Assembly: GCA_963845755.1 (NCBI GenBank)
Contig: CAWJTV010000011.1
Coordinates: forward strand, 288,001-352,000
DNA length: 64,000 nt
Direction of reading: 5' to 3'
From: an uncultured Planctomycetota bacterium
GTDB taxonomy: Bacteria; Planctomycetota; Planctomycetia; Isosphaerales; Isosphaeraceae
Below are positions 32,238 through 42,881 of this stretch, one piece after another. The notes below the pieces were generated by a model. It did not search any database, was not told the DNA's origin, and saw only the letters and a program-made list of their open reading frames with translations. Within the stretch, counting starts at the first letter, position 1, and each line of letters opens with the position of its first letter. The position numbers and the translations under genes were made by a program.

Positions 32238-34133
32238 ATGACTCGCCACCACGGGCCCCACGGCCGGATCGACGATGTGGCGCCGGTCCGGATCACCGCC
32301 GAGGGATTCCGGGAGACCGTCCGCCTTCTTTCCTACATGCGCCCCTATCGCCGCAAGTTCGTGGCGGCGCAGGTCTGCCTGGTGCTGTCGACGCTGGCGA
32401 GCCTGGCGTTCCCCTATTTCACGGGCCGACTCATCGACGCCGCCCAGCCCGACAGCCGGGCCACGGCCCTGGCGGCCCGGTTTCCGGCGGCCTCCCTCGA
32501 TGTCAACACGATCGCGCTGGTCCTCCTGCTGGCGCTGGCGATTCAATCGATCTGCTCCTATTTTCAGACGTACTGGCTCACGGAGGTCGGCGAGCGGAGC
32601 CTGGCCGAGCTCCGCCGGGACGTCTACGGCCATCTGATCCGCCTGCCGATGGCGTTCTTCTCCCAGCGTCGCGTGGGCGAGCTCGGCAGCCGGCTCTCCG
32701 CCGATTTGACCCTGATTCAGGGCGCCCTGACCGGGGCCATCCCGATGCTGCTCGGGCAACTGGTAGTGCTGGTGGGCGGCCTGACATTGATCACGCTGAC
32801 GTCTGGTCGGCTGACGTTGGTGATGCTCTCGTCGCTGCCGGTGGCGATCGGCCTGGCGATCATCTTCGGCCATCGCACGCGCCGGATCGCCCGGGAGGCG
32901 CAGGACAAACTGGCCGATACGAACGTGATCGTCGAGGAGACGCTCCAGGGGATCGCCAGCGTGAAGGCGTTCACGAATGAGGAGTATGAGACCAGCCGAT
33001 ATCGCGTGGGAGTCGGGTCGATGATCGACGTATCGCTGCGCGGCGCCCGATACCAGGGGGCGTTCGGGGCCTTCGTCAGCTTCGTGCTATTCGGCTCGAT
33101 CATTCCCACGATGTGGTACGGCGCCCGGCTGGTCGAGGCGGGTGCGCTGACGTTCGGCGGCATGACCCAGTTCTTGCTGTACACGACGTATCTGGGCGGC
33201 TCGATGGGACAATTCGCGCGGTTGTACGGCGAGTGGCAGCGGACCATGGGCGCGACGCAACGCATCCGGGAACTGCTGGCCGAGAAGTCCGAGCAGTGCG
33301 AGAATCATCAGGCGAGCCCACCCGACCCGCCACCTGTGATAGCCCGATCACCCCGCCGGCTCCGCGGCGACGTGATCTTCGAGGGTGTGACCTTTGCTTA
33401 TCCCTCGCGCCCAGGCGTCACGGTGTTGCGCGACCTGTCGCTGACGGTGGACGCGGGACGGCGGATCGCCCTGGTCGGGCCCAGCGGGGCGGGCAAGTTG
33501 ACGATCGTGTCGCTCTTGCTGAGGTTCTACGATCCCGATTCCGGCCGGATCCGGATCGACGGCCGCGATGCGCGCGACTATCCCTTGCATCAGCTCCGGA
33601 GCCAGATGGCGATCGTGCCGCAGGATGTGTTGCTCTTCGGCGGCACCATCGCCGACAACATCGCTTACGGACGCCCCGGCGCGACCGCCGACGCGATCGA
33701 GGATGCCGCCCGTCAGGCCAATGCCCACGACTTCATCGCCGGGTTCCCCGAGGGATACCAGACCGTGGTCGGCGATCGCGGCGTCAAGCTTTCCGGCGGC
33801 CAGCGCCAGCGCGTGGCGATCGCCCGGGCGATCCTCCGGGACCCCGCGATCCTGATCCTCGACGAGGCGACGAGCTCGCTCGACTCGGAGAGCGAGAGCC
33901 TGGTGCAGCAGGCGCTCGATACCTTGATGCGCGCGCGGACGTCGGTGATCATCGCCCACCGGCTCGCGACGGTGCGCCGGGCCGATTGCCTCTTCGTCAT
34001 CAAGGAGGGACAGGTGGTCGAGTCCGGCACTCACGAGCAGTTGTCCGCCCGGGAGGGCGGCCTCTACCGGACGCTCTCCGAACTCCAGTTCGGTCTCGAC
34101 GAGCCGGCTTCGGCCGTACCGTCCGTTGTTTGA
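32238..34133 (+). CDS. ABC exporter, fused permease/ATPase (MsbA/ABCB-like)
   Basis: Multi-TM domain; GPSGAGKLT, LSGGQRQR, ILILDEATS, IIAHRL. Confidence 0.93.
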   Translation: MTRHHGPHGRIDDVAPVRITAEGFRETVRLLSYMRPYRRKFVAAQVCLVLSTLASLAFPYFTGRLIDAAQPDSRATALAARFPAASLDVNTIALVLLLALAIQSICSYFQTYWLTEVGERSLAELRRDVYGHLIRLPMAFFSQRRVGELGSRLSADLTLIQGALTGAIPMLLGQLVVLVGGLTLITLTSGRLTLVMLSSLPVAIGLAIIFGHRTRRIAREAQDKLADTNVIVEETLQGIASVKAFTNEEYETSRYRVGVGSMIDVSLRGARYQGAFGAFVSFVLFGSIIPTMWYGARLVEAGALTFGGMTQFLLYTTYLGGSMGQFARLYGEWQRTMGATQRIRELLAEKSEQCENHQASPPDPPPVIARSPRRLRGDVIFEGVTFAYPSRPGVTVLRDLSLTVDAGRRIALVGPSGAGKLTIVSLLLRFYDPDSGRIRIDGRDARDYPLHQLRSQMAIVPQDVLLFGGTIADNIAYGRPGATADAIEDAARQANAHDFIAGFPEGYQTVVGDRGVKLSGGQRQRVAIARAILRDPAILILDEATSSLDSESESLVQQALDTLMRARTSVIIAHRLATVRRADCLFVIKEGQVVESGTHEQLSAREGGLYRTLSELQFGLDEPASAVPSVV

Positions 34134-34281
34134 GCGGTGGGCGCGTGAGGGCGATCCGGAGGGGATCGAAAGGTTCGGCCCTAGAAAACCGGCGGCGCTC
34201 CGGCGATAAACTGACAGGCACAACGACCCGTCAGGCGGCCTCCATACTGGTCTGGGCCTCGGGCGGCGAGGAGAGCGGATC

Positions 34282-34578
34282 ATGCGAATCTCGGTCTTGA
34301 TCGAGCCGGTTCCAGGTCACGGCTATCGTGCCAGGGGGGGAGAGCCGTTTGCCATGATGGCCGAGGGGGCAACGCGCGATGACGCTGTGCAACAACTGCG
34401 CAAGCTCATCGAAGGGAAGTTCTCCGCCGGCGCCGAGGTCGTCACGCTCGATGTGCCCGTGGCCGAACATCCCTGGCTCCCTTTCGCCGGAATGTTCCGG
34501 GACGATCCCTTAGTCGAGGAGTGGAAGGAAACGATGGCGGGACTTCGGCGTCAGGATGACGAATATCGCTCGGAGTGA
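34282..34578 (+). CDS. HicB-like fold putative antitoxin (orphan)
   Basis: VLIEPVPGHGYRA...AEGATRDDAVQQLR N-terminus; HPWLPFAGMFRDDP tail. Confidence 0.55.
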   Translation: MRISVLIEPVPGHGYRARGGEPFAMMAEGATRDDAVQQLRKLIEGKFSAGAEVVTLDVPVAEHPWLPFAGMFRDDPLVEEWKETMAGLRRQDDEYRSE

Positions 34579-34604
34579 ACGTGTAGCCGGAGGCCCTGGT
34601 GCCC

Positions 34605-36010
34605 TCAGGGCAGCGGGATATCCCGGAACTCGAACGGGATCTCGGCCGTGGTGCGCATGATGCTGAAGAACAGCAACTTGGCCGGAATCGCGGGATGCTG
34701 ATCAAACTGGAACGGGTTGTGATTGGGGCGAAACGTGACCAGGGCCTCCCTGGGCCCTTTTCGCACGAATTGCGGATTCCAGCCGAGGATCCGCTGTCCT
34801 TTCTCACTGACCAGGATGAACTGTGACTCCAAGAAAAGGCTCCAATCGACGACGAGGACCTTTGGATCGATGGCCGGCACGGGGAACGGTTGGACCTGAC
34901 CAACCGGATTGTCAGCGGCAGGCTCGGGGAGATCAAGCTCTTCGAACTTGGAGCGCAAGAGCAGCGCGATCGAAGGCCCCTTCGCCGCGTCGAGCCGGAC
35001 GGCCTGCATGGTCAGAGTCGCGTCCGGCCCGTCAAACGTCTTACCGTGAGAGTCGGCGAGCGGAACGATGATTGGATCGGCCTTGAACTCGGCGACCAGG
35101 ACGGGGAAAACCCCCCGGAACCGTTTGGGGACGGCTTCCGGCCTCCTAAGGGGCTTCAGGTCAACTATGTAGGACGTCGCAGCATTTGGTAATGCAAATC
35201 CAGACCTAAATGGATCTGTAAGATTACCAACTTCAGCATTTGAGGCGATCACGGTCTGGCCTTGATCGTCGATGGCTTCGAGGATCCTCGGGAGATTGGC
35301 GACCGCGAACGTCAGGCGGGGCTCAGCGATGAGCTCCATCACGAGGTAACACGTCTCATCCACGTTCCGCTCACCCTGGCCATCAGCCCGCTCGAGGAAC
35401 CTGGTCCGCTGGAGCTCGTAGTGGAGGCTGTGGATCCTTGCGCGAAATGGTCCGGATTCCGACACCGGGCCCGGGATTCCCGCACGTTCGAGGGCCAATG
35501 GGCACACAGCGGGCTTCCAGCGCTCGAGCGCCTCATCGTCACCATAATCCGGACCCAGAGTATAGCGCATCCCGCCGGCCGCACAGAGGCGGTCGAGCGC
35601 CGGCAACAGCGGAACCGGCTTCTCCTCGCGAAGCGTGATCTTACGCCGGAGGTTGTCGTGGAGTTCATCGAGATTGCCGGTCATCTCGAAATGGTGCTTC
35701 TGCCCGAGGGCCTTGATGGCGTCGCCGACCGTCTGATCGCGGACGTCGAGCGTGACCAGGGTCGGTCGGGTCGAGATGTCGTGCTCGACCTTGGCCAGCA
35801 GCTTGGCGGCGCGAGTGCGGACCTCTGCGTCGCGGGAATCGCGGCTGGCGATCCGAAGAGCCGGCAAGGCGGCGCGGCCCCTGGCTTCAGCGCGGCGGAG
35901 GCCGCGTCGCGCTCGGCGGCGCGAGCCGAGCCCAGCCGCTGGATCAGCGTCACGGTCTCGAGGTCGTCCCCCGTGAGCATGAACATTGCGAGCAACAGGA
36001 CAGTTTTCAT
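34605..36010 (-). CDS. Exported hypothetical protein with a short HEAT-like N-terminal segment (frameshifted near 35880)
   Basis: MKTVLLLAMFML signal-like; LIQRLGS..AAERDAASAAL...ALPALRIA...DAEVRTRAAKLL. Confidence 0.65.
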
Positions 36011-36025
36011 ATATTTATTAAAGTG

Positions 36026-36364
36026 TTACCAGGATGCAGCAATGTGGGCCAATACGGCGGCGGCGGATTGGCGATCGTTCCCGGTCAAGGAGCCCAAGTG
36101 CCGTCTCACGCGACTCTTGGCCAAGGTCGCCAGCTTGTGAAGACGGACGGTAGAGGGTGCCAGCAGTCCGGCTTGTTGCCAGTCTGCGATCACCACATCG
36201 AAAGGCGTGTTCTGAACTTGGGTTGTGACCCGGGCTAACAAGACATCCGCGTCACCGGTGTCGAGAATGACCAGGGCCGGGCGCGGCTTGCCCGGACCAC
36301 TGACCGTAAAGGGAAAGTCCACCAGAACAAGGTCACCCGACTGGTAGGTGGTCGTAGATGGCAT
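36026..36364 (-). CDS. PemK/MazF family toxin
   Basis: GDLVLVDFPFT...KPRPALVI...GLLAPSTVRLHKLATL...LGSL. Confidence 0.85.
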   Translation of the reverse strand: MPSTTTYQSGDLVLVDFPFTVSGPGKPRPALVILDTGDADVLLARVTTQVQNTPFDVVIADWQQAGLLAPSTVRLHKLATLAKSRVRRHLGSLTGNDRQSAAAVLAHIAASW

Positions 36365-36551
36365 CTGTGTCGGCGTATCCTCGGCCAAACTCCTCGGCCG
36401 CTTGTCGTTCCCACTCACCCTCGGTGTCGTTATCGGGGAGGAGGACCAGCACGCGGACCGTCTGGCCGATCGGAATGGCGCCGAACAGCGAGGCGGGAAC
36501 GGTCAGTGTTTGATCCGGATTCAGTTGTGACTGGAACTCGATGGCCTTCAT
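36333..36551 (-). CDS. Putative cognate antitoxin
   Basis: 72 aa, GGAGG RBS, overlaps the toxin start, acidic C-terminus (EEFGRGYADTDAIYD). Confidence 0.7.
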   Translation of the reverse strand: MKAIEFQSQLNPDQTLTVPASLFGAIPIGQTVRVLVLLPDNDTEGEWERQAAEEFGRGYADTDAIYDHLPVG

Positions 36552-36705
36552 CGTCGGTAACCTCCCACGTGCATTCTAATGCGCCCGACTCGCTGCTGTC
36601 TGTAGCGTAATGCACGGGATCGCGTGGAAGCGCATTCGGTGGGCCTCGCCGCGATGAATCGCGGCTCGACCCACCTTACACGACTGTTCTCCTCAATGGG
36701 TCGGC

Positions 36706-38235
36706 CTATGCCAGCGCCGCCCGGGTCCGCTTCACCAGGTTATTATCCTTGTCGCCCGAGGCGGGCAAGAGGAGCATGCTCGCGGCCAGGTAGCGCTCGC
36801 GATACGACGGCGAGGCGTTGAAGTAGTCCTCCAGCACGGCCGAGCTGAACTTGTAGTCGTGGGCGTCGTCCCCCTTGAGGAAGACCAGCCGTCGCGCTGC
36901 GTGGATGAGGTTCTCGGGCTCGTGGCCGGCCTGGAGGTAGGACAGCGCCTTGCGTGCGGCCGCCATCTTGTCGTGGCTGGCGTCGGCGAAGATCTCTTCG
37001 ATCGCCCCGCGGCCATCCTTGGTTGCGGATGTGCCGGTCGGCTCGAGCTGATCGATCCGCGCCTCGCTCGTCTTGCCGCGGCCCAATGCCTGGCGGAACA
37101 AGGTGAGGAACGCGGCGTTCTGGAGCATCAGCAGCCGGCGGGTCCGGTCGTCGCCGCTGGTTTGGTAGGCGTAATGCAGGGCGTTGGTCGTGGTGATCGC
37201 GTGTAACGAAACGATGTTCGCCTGGCGGAGGAGCAGCTCCCCGGCACCGTCGAAGAGGGCGTCCCAGATCGACTGGGGCGCGATGCCTCGGTTCAGGAGC
37301 TCGACGACTTGCTCGCTGGCGTCGTCGTCGGAGCCGTGGCGGAGCGTGGAGAGCAGGTCGGCCGCGGCGGAGGAGTCGCACTTGCCGGCATACCAGCCTT
37401 CGCGGATCCGGGCCGCGCGGGCCAGGTTGCGGCGACCGGGACGGTCGGCCGGCTCGTCGCTCTGGGCCGGGTTGACCTTCTCGCGCTGGAGCAAGGCGTA
37501 GGCCAGTGAGCGGAGGACGGGCTCGGCGTGCTGCCAGCCGATGCACTGGAGCGTCCGCCAACTGTTGGCCACGTAGATCGCCTTGTGGCCGATGTCGCGG
37601 AAGTCGCGGCACCCGTATCGGAAGAACAGCTCATAGATCTCGTTGGCGCCCGCCGTGCGGGCCAGGCCGGCGACCGCCGCGTCGGTGGCCGACTCGTCCC
37701 AGCGGTCCATGGCCGCGATGAACGCCTCGCGCGCCCGGCTTGGCGGCGGGACCGCGGACTCGTCCACCGGGCCCATCGTCCAGTTCCCCTCGCGGACATC
37801 CTGGGCCTGCGAGCTCTTGAAGTGGTCGAGAGCCCAGAAGATCGGCAGCCATCGGTCGGAGTCGGGCGAGCCGAGGCTCGCCAGGTGCGCCGAGTTCACC
37901 ACGAGCACCGCGTGGAACTTGAACCCGACATGGGGCCTCGGCTGGACATTACGCACGCCGGCCAGCAAGAGCGCGGCCAGCACTTCCTGATAGGTCAATC
38001 CGTGCTTGATCCGCCCGGCGACCTCCTCGAGGAGCTTCTCGCGCGGGGTGTCCTCCAGCAGCCGGACGATGGGCTCGATCTCGGGCTGGAGGCGGACGAC
38101 CTTCGGGTCCAGCTTGGCCTCGTCGGCCGAGACCGGCCGGAGCTTCGACAGGAAGCCCAGGTCGCCCAGGCCCACCAGCGCGCCGCTCGCCGCGGACGCC
38201 TGCAAGAAGCGCCGTCGATCCGTTCGCATGCTCAT
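36706..38235 (-). CDS. Tat-exported hypothetical protein
   Basis: DRRRFLQAS twin-arginine signal; His motifs FKFHAV, IGHKAI, SLHAIT, DAHDYK. Confidence 0.8.
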   Translation of the reverse strand: MSMRTDRRRFLQASAASGALVGLGDLGFLSKLRPVSADEAKLDPKVVRLQPEIEPIVRLLEDTPREKLLEEVAGRIKHGLTYQEVLAALLLAGVRNVQPRPHVGFKFHAVLVVNSAHLASLGSPDSDRWLPIFWALDHFKSSQAQDVREGNWTMGPVDESAVPPPSRAREAFIAAMDRWDESATDAAVAGLARTAGANEIYELFFRYGCRDFRDIGHKAIYVANSWRTLQCIGWQHAEPVLRSLAYALLQREKVNPAQSDEPADRPGRRNLARAARIREGWYAGKCDSSAAADLLSTLRHGSDDDASEQVVELLNRGIAPQSIWDALFDGAGELLLRQANIVSLHAITTTNALHYAYQTSGDDRTRRLLMLQNAAFLTLFRQALGRGKTSEARIDQLEPTGTSATKDGRGAIEEIFADASHDKMAAARKALSYLQAGHEPENLIHAARRLVFLKGDDAHDYKFSSAVLEDYFNASPSYRERYLAASMLLLPASGDKDNNLVKRTRAALA

Positions 38236-38280
38236 GGCTGCTCCTGTTCTCAGGTATGGTTCCTGATGTTCAAATCTGAC

Positions 38281-38339
38281 GCAGGTCAGGCTTTCCAGCC
38301 CGACATCCCCGACACGTCAGGCTGGAAAGCCTGACCTAC
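38281..38339. repeat. REP doublet of a second GTAG family
   Basis: GCAGGTCAGGCTTTCCAGCCCGAC / GTCAGGCTGGAAAGCCTGACCTAC inverted pair. Confidence 0.75.
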
Positions 38340-38549
38340 TTGCTACCCGTGGGAAAATCGGGACGCTCGGACCCCGCGCCTCATTCTGACGCGCGGTGAT
38401 CGTCGCGGCAAGCCTCGCGAATGGCCTGGGCGCAGGCGGCCGATCGTGCAGGACCGTGGAAGGCAAGCCGAAATCCCTGTATCTTGGCGAGAGAATCGGC
38501 ATGCCGTCCGGAAAATGCAGGCCGGCCGACCTTCAGACTGGGAGGATTG

Positions 38550-40692
38550 ATGTCGATACCACTCACGACTTTGTTGCTCGTCACCCTTGCTGGCCAGCCG
38601 GCCGAGGCCGCCGCGGGTGGATCATCCCCGGCCGCCGTCCGGCTGGCGATCGAGCCGTTCGGCTACCGCGGCGTGAGCCTCGACGACGGCCCGTTGCGAA
38701 GGCAGGTCGACGCCGCGCGCGAGGACTATCTGCGGATCCCCAACGACGACCTGCTCAAGGGGTTTCGCCTCCGCGCGGGCAAGCCGGCGCCGGGGGCCGA
38801 CCTGGGCGGCTGGTATTCGTCGGACGTCTTTCACGTCTTTGGCCAGATCCTCTCCGGCCTGGCCCGATTGCACGCGGTGACCGGCGATCCCGACTGCCGC
38901 GCCAAGGCCGAGGCGCTGCTCAAGGGTTGGGCCGAGTGCGTCGAGCCCGATGGTTATTTCTACTACTCGCGCAAGCCGAACGCGCCGCATTACATCTACG
39001 ACAAGATGGTCGGCGGCCTGACCGATATGATCCTCTTCTGCAAGAGCAGGCCGGCGGCCGAGTCGCTCGCCAAGATTACCGGCTGGGCGGAGAAGAACCT
39101 GGATCGATCCAACCCCTATGCCTTCGGCGGCACCGAGTGGTACACGCTGAGCGAGAACCTCTACCGCGCCCACCGCGCCACCGGCGACCCGCGGTATCGC
39201 GACTTCGCCGCAGGTCTGGCATTACCCCGAATACTGGGACATCTACGCGCGCAAGGGCGACCTCTTCGGGGACCGCGGCAATGGCCGGCGGACCGGCGTC
39301 TATCACGCCTATAGCCACGTCAACACCCTGGGCGGTGCGGCCCAGGCGTATCTTCACTCGGGAGATCGTCACTTCCTTGACACGGTCCTCCACGCCCACG
39401 ATGAGCTGCTGGCCCATCAGTGCTTCCCGACCGGTGGGTTCGGGCCGGACGAGCAGCTCCTGCCCCGCGCCGAGTGGCGGAAGAAGACCGATTACTCGCA
39501 CAACTCGTTCGAGACCCAGTGCGGCTGCTTCGCCGTATTCAAGCTGTGCAAATACCTGATGACAATCACCGGCGATGCCCGATACGGCGATTGGGTCGAG
39601 CGGCTGGCCTATAATGGGATCGCGGCCACGATCCCGATGTCATCCGACGGCCTGGTCTTCTATTACTCGGACTACAATGCGCTGGGCGGCGCCAAGCGGA
39701 ATCACTCCGTCGGCTGGTCGTGCTGCACCGGCACCCGCCCGATGGCGCTGGCCGACCTTCACGACCTGGTCTACTTCCACGCTTCCGATGACCTGTACGT
39801 CAACCTCTTCGTGCCCTCGACCGTGGTCTGGGAGCGGACCGGAGGGCCGGTCGTCCTGCGTCAGCTCACCCGGTTCCCCGAGTCCGACTCGACGCATCTC
39901 GTCGTCGCGCTGCCATCGCAACAACCGTCGGTTATCGGATTGAAGCTACGGGTGCCGGGCTGGCTGGCCGGGTCGCTCGTCGTCGCGGTCAACGGTAAGC
40001 CGGTGGATGCAGCGGTCGACGCCCACGGCTGGGCGACGGTCCGCCGCGAGTGGCGCGACGGCGACCGGCTCGAGGTCCGCCTGCCATCGAAGTTCGCTGT
40101 CCGGCCGCTCGATGATTTGGCGCCGTTGCCGGCGATGATCGTGCACGGTCCGTTGGCGATGGCGGTCCGCTCGAACGGTATTAATGTCGCCGAGCTCATC
40201 CGCGAGCCTGAGTTGGAGCACTCCCTCGTTCCCTCCGACGGCGAGCCGTTGACGTATCATCCTCGCTCGGGCGCGGACCTGCTGGTCCGGCCGTTCTACG
40301 CGCTCAAGCAGGGGGAGCCTTATTCGCTCTACCTCGACCCGAACCGCCATTCCCACCGCGCGGCGCGGTTCTCGGGCGAGGGCTGGCGCGGGTCGGAATC
40401 CTTCCGCTACAACGACCGGCCTGGGGCCTCGGTGGCGTTCACATTTTACGGAACGGGCGTACGGTGGATCGGGTTCCGGTTCGACGATGCGGGCGTCGCG
40501 GAGGTCCGAATCGATGATCGTATTGTTGCGCAAGTCGACCAGCACGGCCCACACCGCGACGAGCCGTTCGAATGGCGGACCGAGGGCCTCCCCGGGGGCG
40601 CCCATCGCCTCACGATCACGATTACAGAGACCCAGCCGGCGGGCTCGAAGGGGCGGTTCATCAATGTCGCCGGGTTCGAGGTGATGCCCTGA
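38550..40692 (+). CDS. GH127/GH146-like (beta-L-arabinofuranosidase-type) glycoside hydrolase, frameshifted near 39215
   Basis: GGAGG RBS; HAYSH, ETQCG, YGDWVERLAYNG, WSCCTGT, LYVNLFVPS, LRVPGW. Confidence 0.85.
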
Positions 40693-40705
40693 ATGCCAGG
40701 ATCCC

Positions 40706-40810
40706 CTGGGGGCATCGCCCTTCGGGCTCGACCCCGGCCACCCCCACATCTGCGGCCAAGACTCTGGGGTGGCTGGGGTCAAGCCGGCTCTGCCGGCGCC
40801 GCCCCCACGA
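40706..40810. repeat. Palindromic intergenic element between convergent genes (terminator/REP-like)
   Basis: GCTCGACCCCGGCCACCCC / GGGGTGGCTGGGGTCAAGC inverted arms. Confidence 0.55.
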
Positions 40811-40889
40811 GTGTCGCTGTCAATCACCGAGCTTCCCTTTCTTGCCTCGCGTTTTCCCAACGGGGCGAGCCGCTTCGCCGCGCGCCGCA

Positions 40890-42881
40890 TCACGGTCGAA
40901 AGCGATCGAGCGTGAGTGGCCCGGCCGTCATGCGATCCAGCATCGTCCGCATCCGATCGAGGAGGGGTTGTGCGGCGGTCTCTCCGGCGAGGTTGCGCGC
41001 TTGCAGGGGATCCCGGTGCAGGTCATAAAGGCCCTCTTCGAGGGTCTCGCCCCGCCGGACCTGGAGATAGATCGAATCCCCCTCGGCCAGAGATGCCCAC
41101 ACCGGTCGATCTCCGAGCAGGTGCGCCGGGTCCGGATCGAGGGGGTCGGACGAAGCCAATTCCGACAGCGCCGGCTCGAGACCGGGCGGGTTCATTGCGG
41201 TCGTCGAGGGCGGGCTGTCCCAGTGCCGCGCCAGCGTTGTGCCGGGGAACGGCGATCCGGCCTCGAGACCCAGTAAGTTGACGACCGTCGCCGGCAGGTC
41301 GCGGAGACTCACCGTCTCGGACACGACCCGTGGCGGCGTTCTCGCCGCCGTCGGCGGGACGATCACCAACGGCACGTGAACCTGGGGTTGATAGAGGCTC
41401 GTCCCGTGGATGAAGGCGCCGGGCTGCTCGCCGAAGCTCTCGCCGTGGTCCGAGGTGACGATCAGCCAGGTCCGCTCGAGGACCCCGCGCCGCTCCAGCT
41501 CGTCGATCAGCCGGCCCAGTTGCTCGTCGAGGTCGGCGACGCATTCGTCGTAGGCATCGCGCACGAACGCGAGCTCCCGCGCCGAGAGCCTGAGCTTATC
41601 CACGGTCCGCCAGTTTTCGAGGAGGTCCATCTCGCGGTCGGTGCGTGGCTTCGCGCCGAAGCGATGGAGGCTCCCCTCCGGGACCCGATACGGATAATGG
41701 ACGTCGTAGTAGTTCAGGAAGGCGAAGAAGGGCCGCTCCGGCTGCCGGCGGCTTGATAGCCAGTCGAGGAATTCGCGACTGACCACCGCCGCGGGCTTGC
41801 GATTGCCCGCGTCGAACCACTGGAACAGATCGGGGAGCAGGGACACCGCCGCGCGTTCCCGGAGGAACCGATAGATCGCGCGCAGTCCCTCCACCGACCG
41901 GTCGACCAGCGCGGCCGGCTTGAAAGCGCCGAGGCCCGGGAAGATGTAGTCCTGGTAGCGCGTGAAACCCCGCGCCAGGCCCGTGTCGGTCCCGCAATAG
42001 AACAAGTTGGCGACGAAGCCGGCCGTGGCATAGCCCCGCGACCCGAGATACTCGGCGAGGGTGGGATGGGTCGCGTCGAGCGGGGTGAGCCAGCCGGCGG
42101 AGAGCTCGTGCGGCCACCGTCCCGTGAAGAAGCCGGCGTGAGACGGAAGCGTCCACGACGAGGTGGCCTGCACCCGGTCGAAACGGATGCCGCGCCTTGC
42201 CAGGAGGTCGAGAGTCGGGCTGGTCGGGCGGCCGTAGCCGTGGAGGCTCAGGTGATTGGCCCCGACCGTATCCAGGACGATCAACAGCACGTTCGGGGAA
42301 CCGGACGCCGGCAGCGGCCGCGCCGCCTCGCGCCACTCCTGGACCCGATCGCCGGCCCAGACCGCCGCCGCCAGAAGCGGCGTCAGTCCCGCCAGCACCG
42401 GGAAGCTCAGCCCCACGAACCGGCGAAACCCGGCGGCATGCCGCCCCAGGACCGGGACCAGCCAGGCGGCGATCCCCAACACCAGCAGGAACCCGGCGAT
42501 CCCGTAGATCCGAGGAAAGGCGGCCCAGACCAGCGGAAGGAGGGTCAGGGCGCAGAGCAACCGGGCGGCCAGCCGGCTTCCACGACCCGGCCAAACCCAG
42601 GCGACCCCCGCCAGGACCACGCCGAGGACCAGGAAGATCAGCAGGTTCGTCAATGGGATCAACCAGACGAAATGTCGGCTCATCCAGTAGAAGTGATTGA
42701 GGTCCAGCGTATGCTTGCGCAGCACGATCGCGCCGACCTCCAGCGGACCGGCGACCAGCGCACACCAGGCCGACAGGAGGACGACGTGATGGGGGCGCAA
42801 CCGATTGTCACCGGCACCCGGCACCGGTAGGACCACCGTGCCGATTCCCTCGGAGATCGCCGTCGGACTGTTCATCGGCAT
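40890..42881 (-). CDS. Membrane-anchored sulfatase-like (alkaline phosphatase superfamily) protein
   Basis: Several N-terminal TM segments; PNVLLIVLDT, SSWTLPSH, LNYYDVHYPY, VTSDHGE. Confidence 0.85.
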   Translation of the reverse strand: MPMNSPTAISEGIGTVVLPVPGAGDNRLRPHHVVLLSAWCALVAGPLEVGAIVLRKHTLDLNHFYWMSRHFVWLIPLTNLLIFLVLGVVLAGVAWVWPGRGSRLAARLLCALTLLPLVWAAFPRIYGIAGFLLVLGIAAWLVPVLGRHAAGFRRFVGLSFPVLAGLTPLLAAAVWAGDRVQEWREAARPLPASGSPNVLLIVLDTVGANHLSLHGYGRPTSPTLDLLARRGIRFDRVQATSSWTLPSHAGFFTGRWPHELSAGWLTPLDATHPTLAEYLGSRGYATAGFVANLFYCGTDTGLARGFTRYQDYIFPGLGAFKPAALVDRSVEGLRAIYRFLRERAAVSLLPDLFQWFDAGNRKPAAVVSREFLDWLSSRRQPERPFFAFLNYYDVHYPYRVPEGSLHRFGAKPRTDREMDLLENWRTVDKLRLSARELAFVRDAYDECVADLDEQLGRLIDELERRGVLERTWLIVTSDHGESFGEQPGAFIHGTSLYQPQVHVPLVIVPPTAARTPPRVVSETVSLRDLPATVVNLLGLEAGSPFPGTTLARHWDSPPSTTAMNPPGLEPALSELASSDPLDPDPAHLLGDRPVWASLAEGDSIYLQVRRGETLEEGLYDLHRDPLQARNLAGETAAQPLLDRMRTMLDRMTAGPLTLDRFRP

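Noticed and set aside
38400..38470. c-di-GMP-I riboswitch upstream of the GH127 gene
   Set aside because: Lacks the GGCAAA...GAAA...GACGCAAA core
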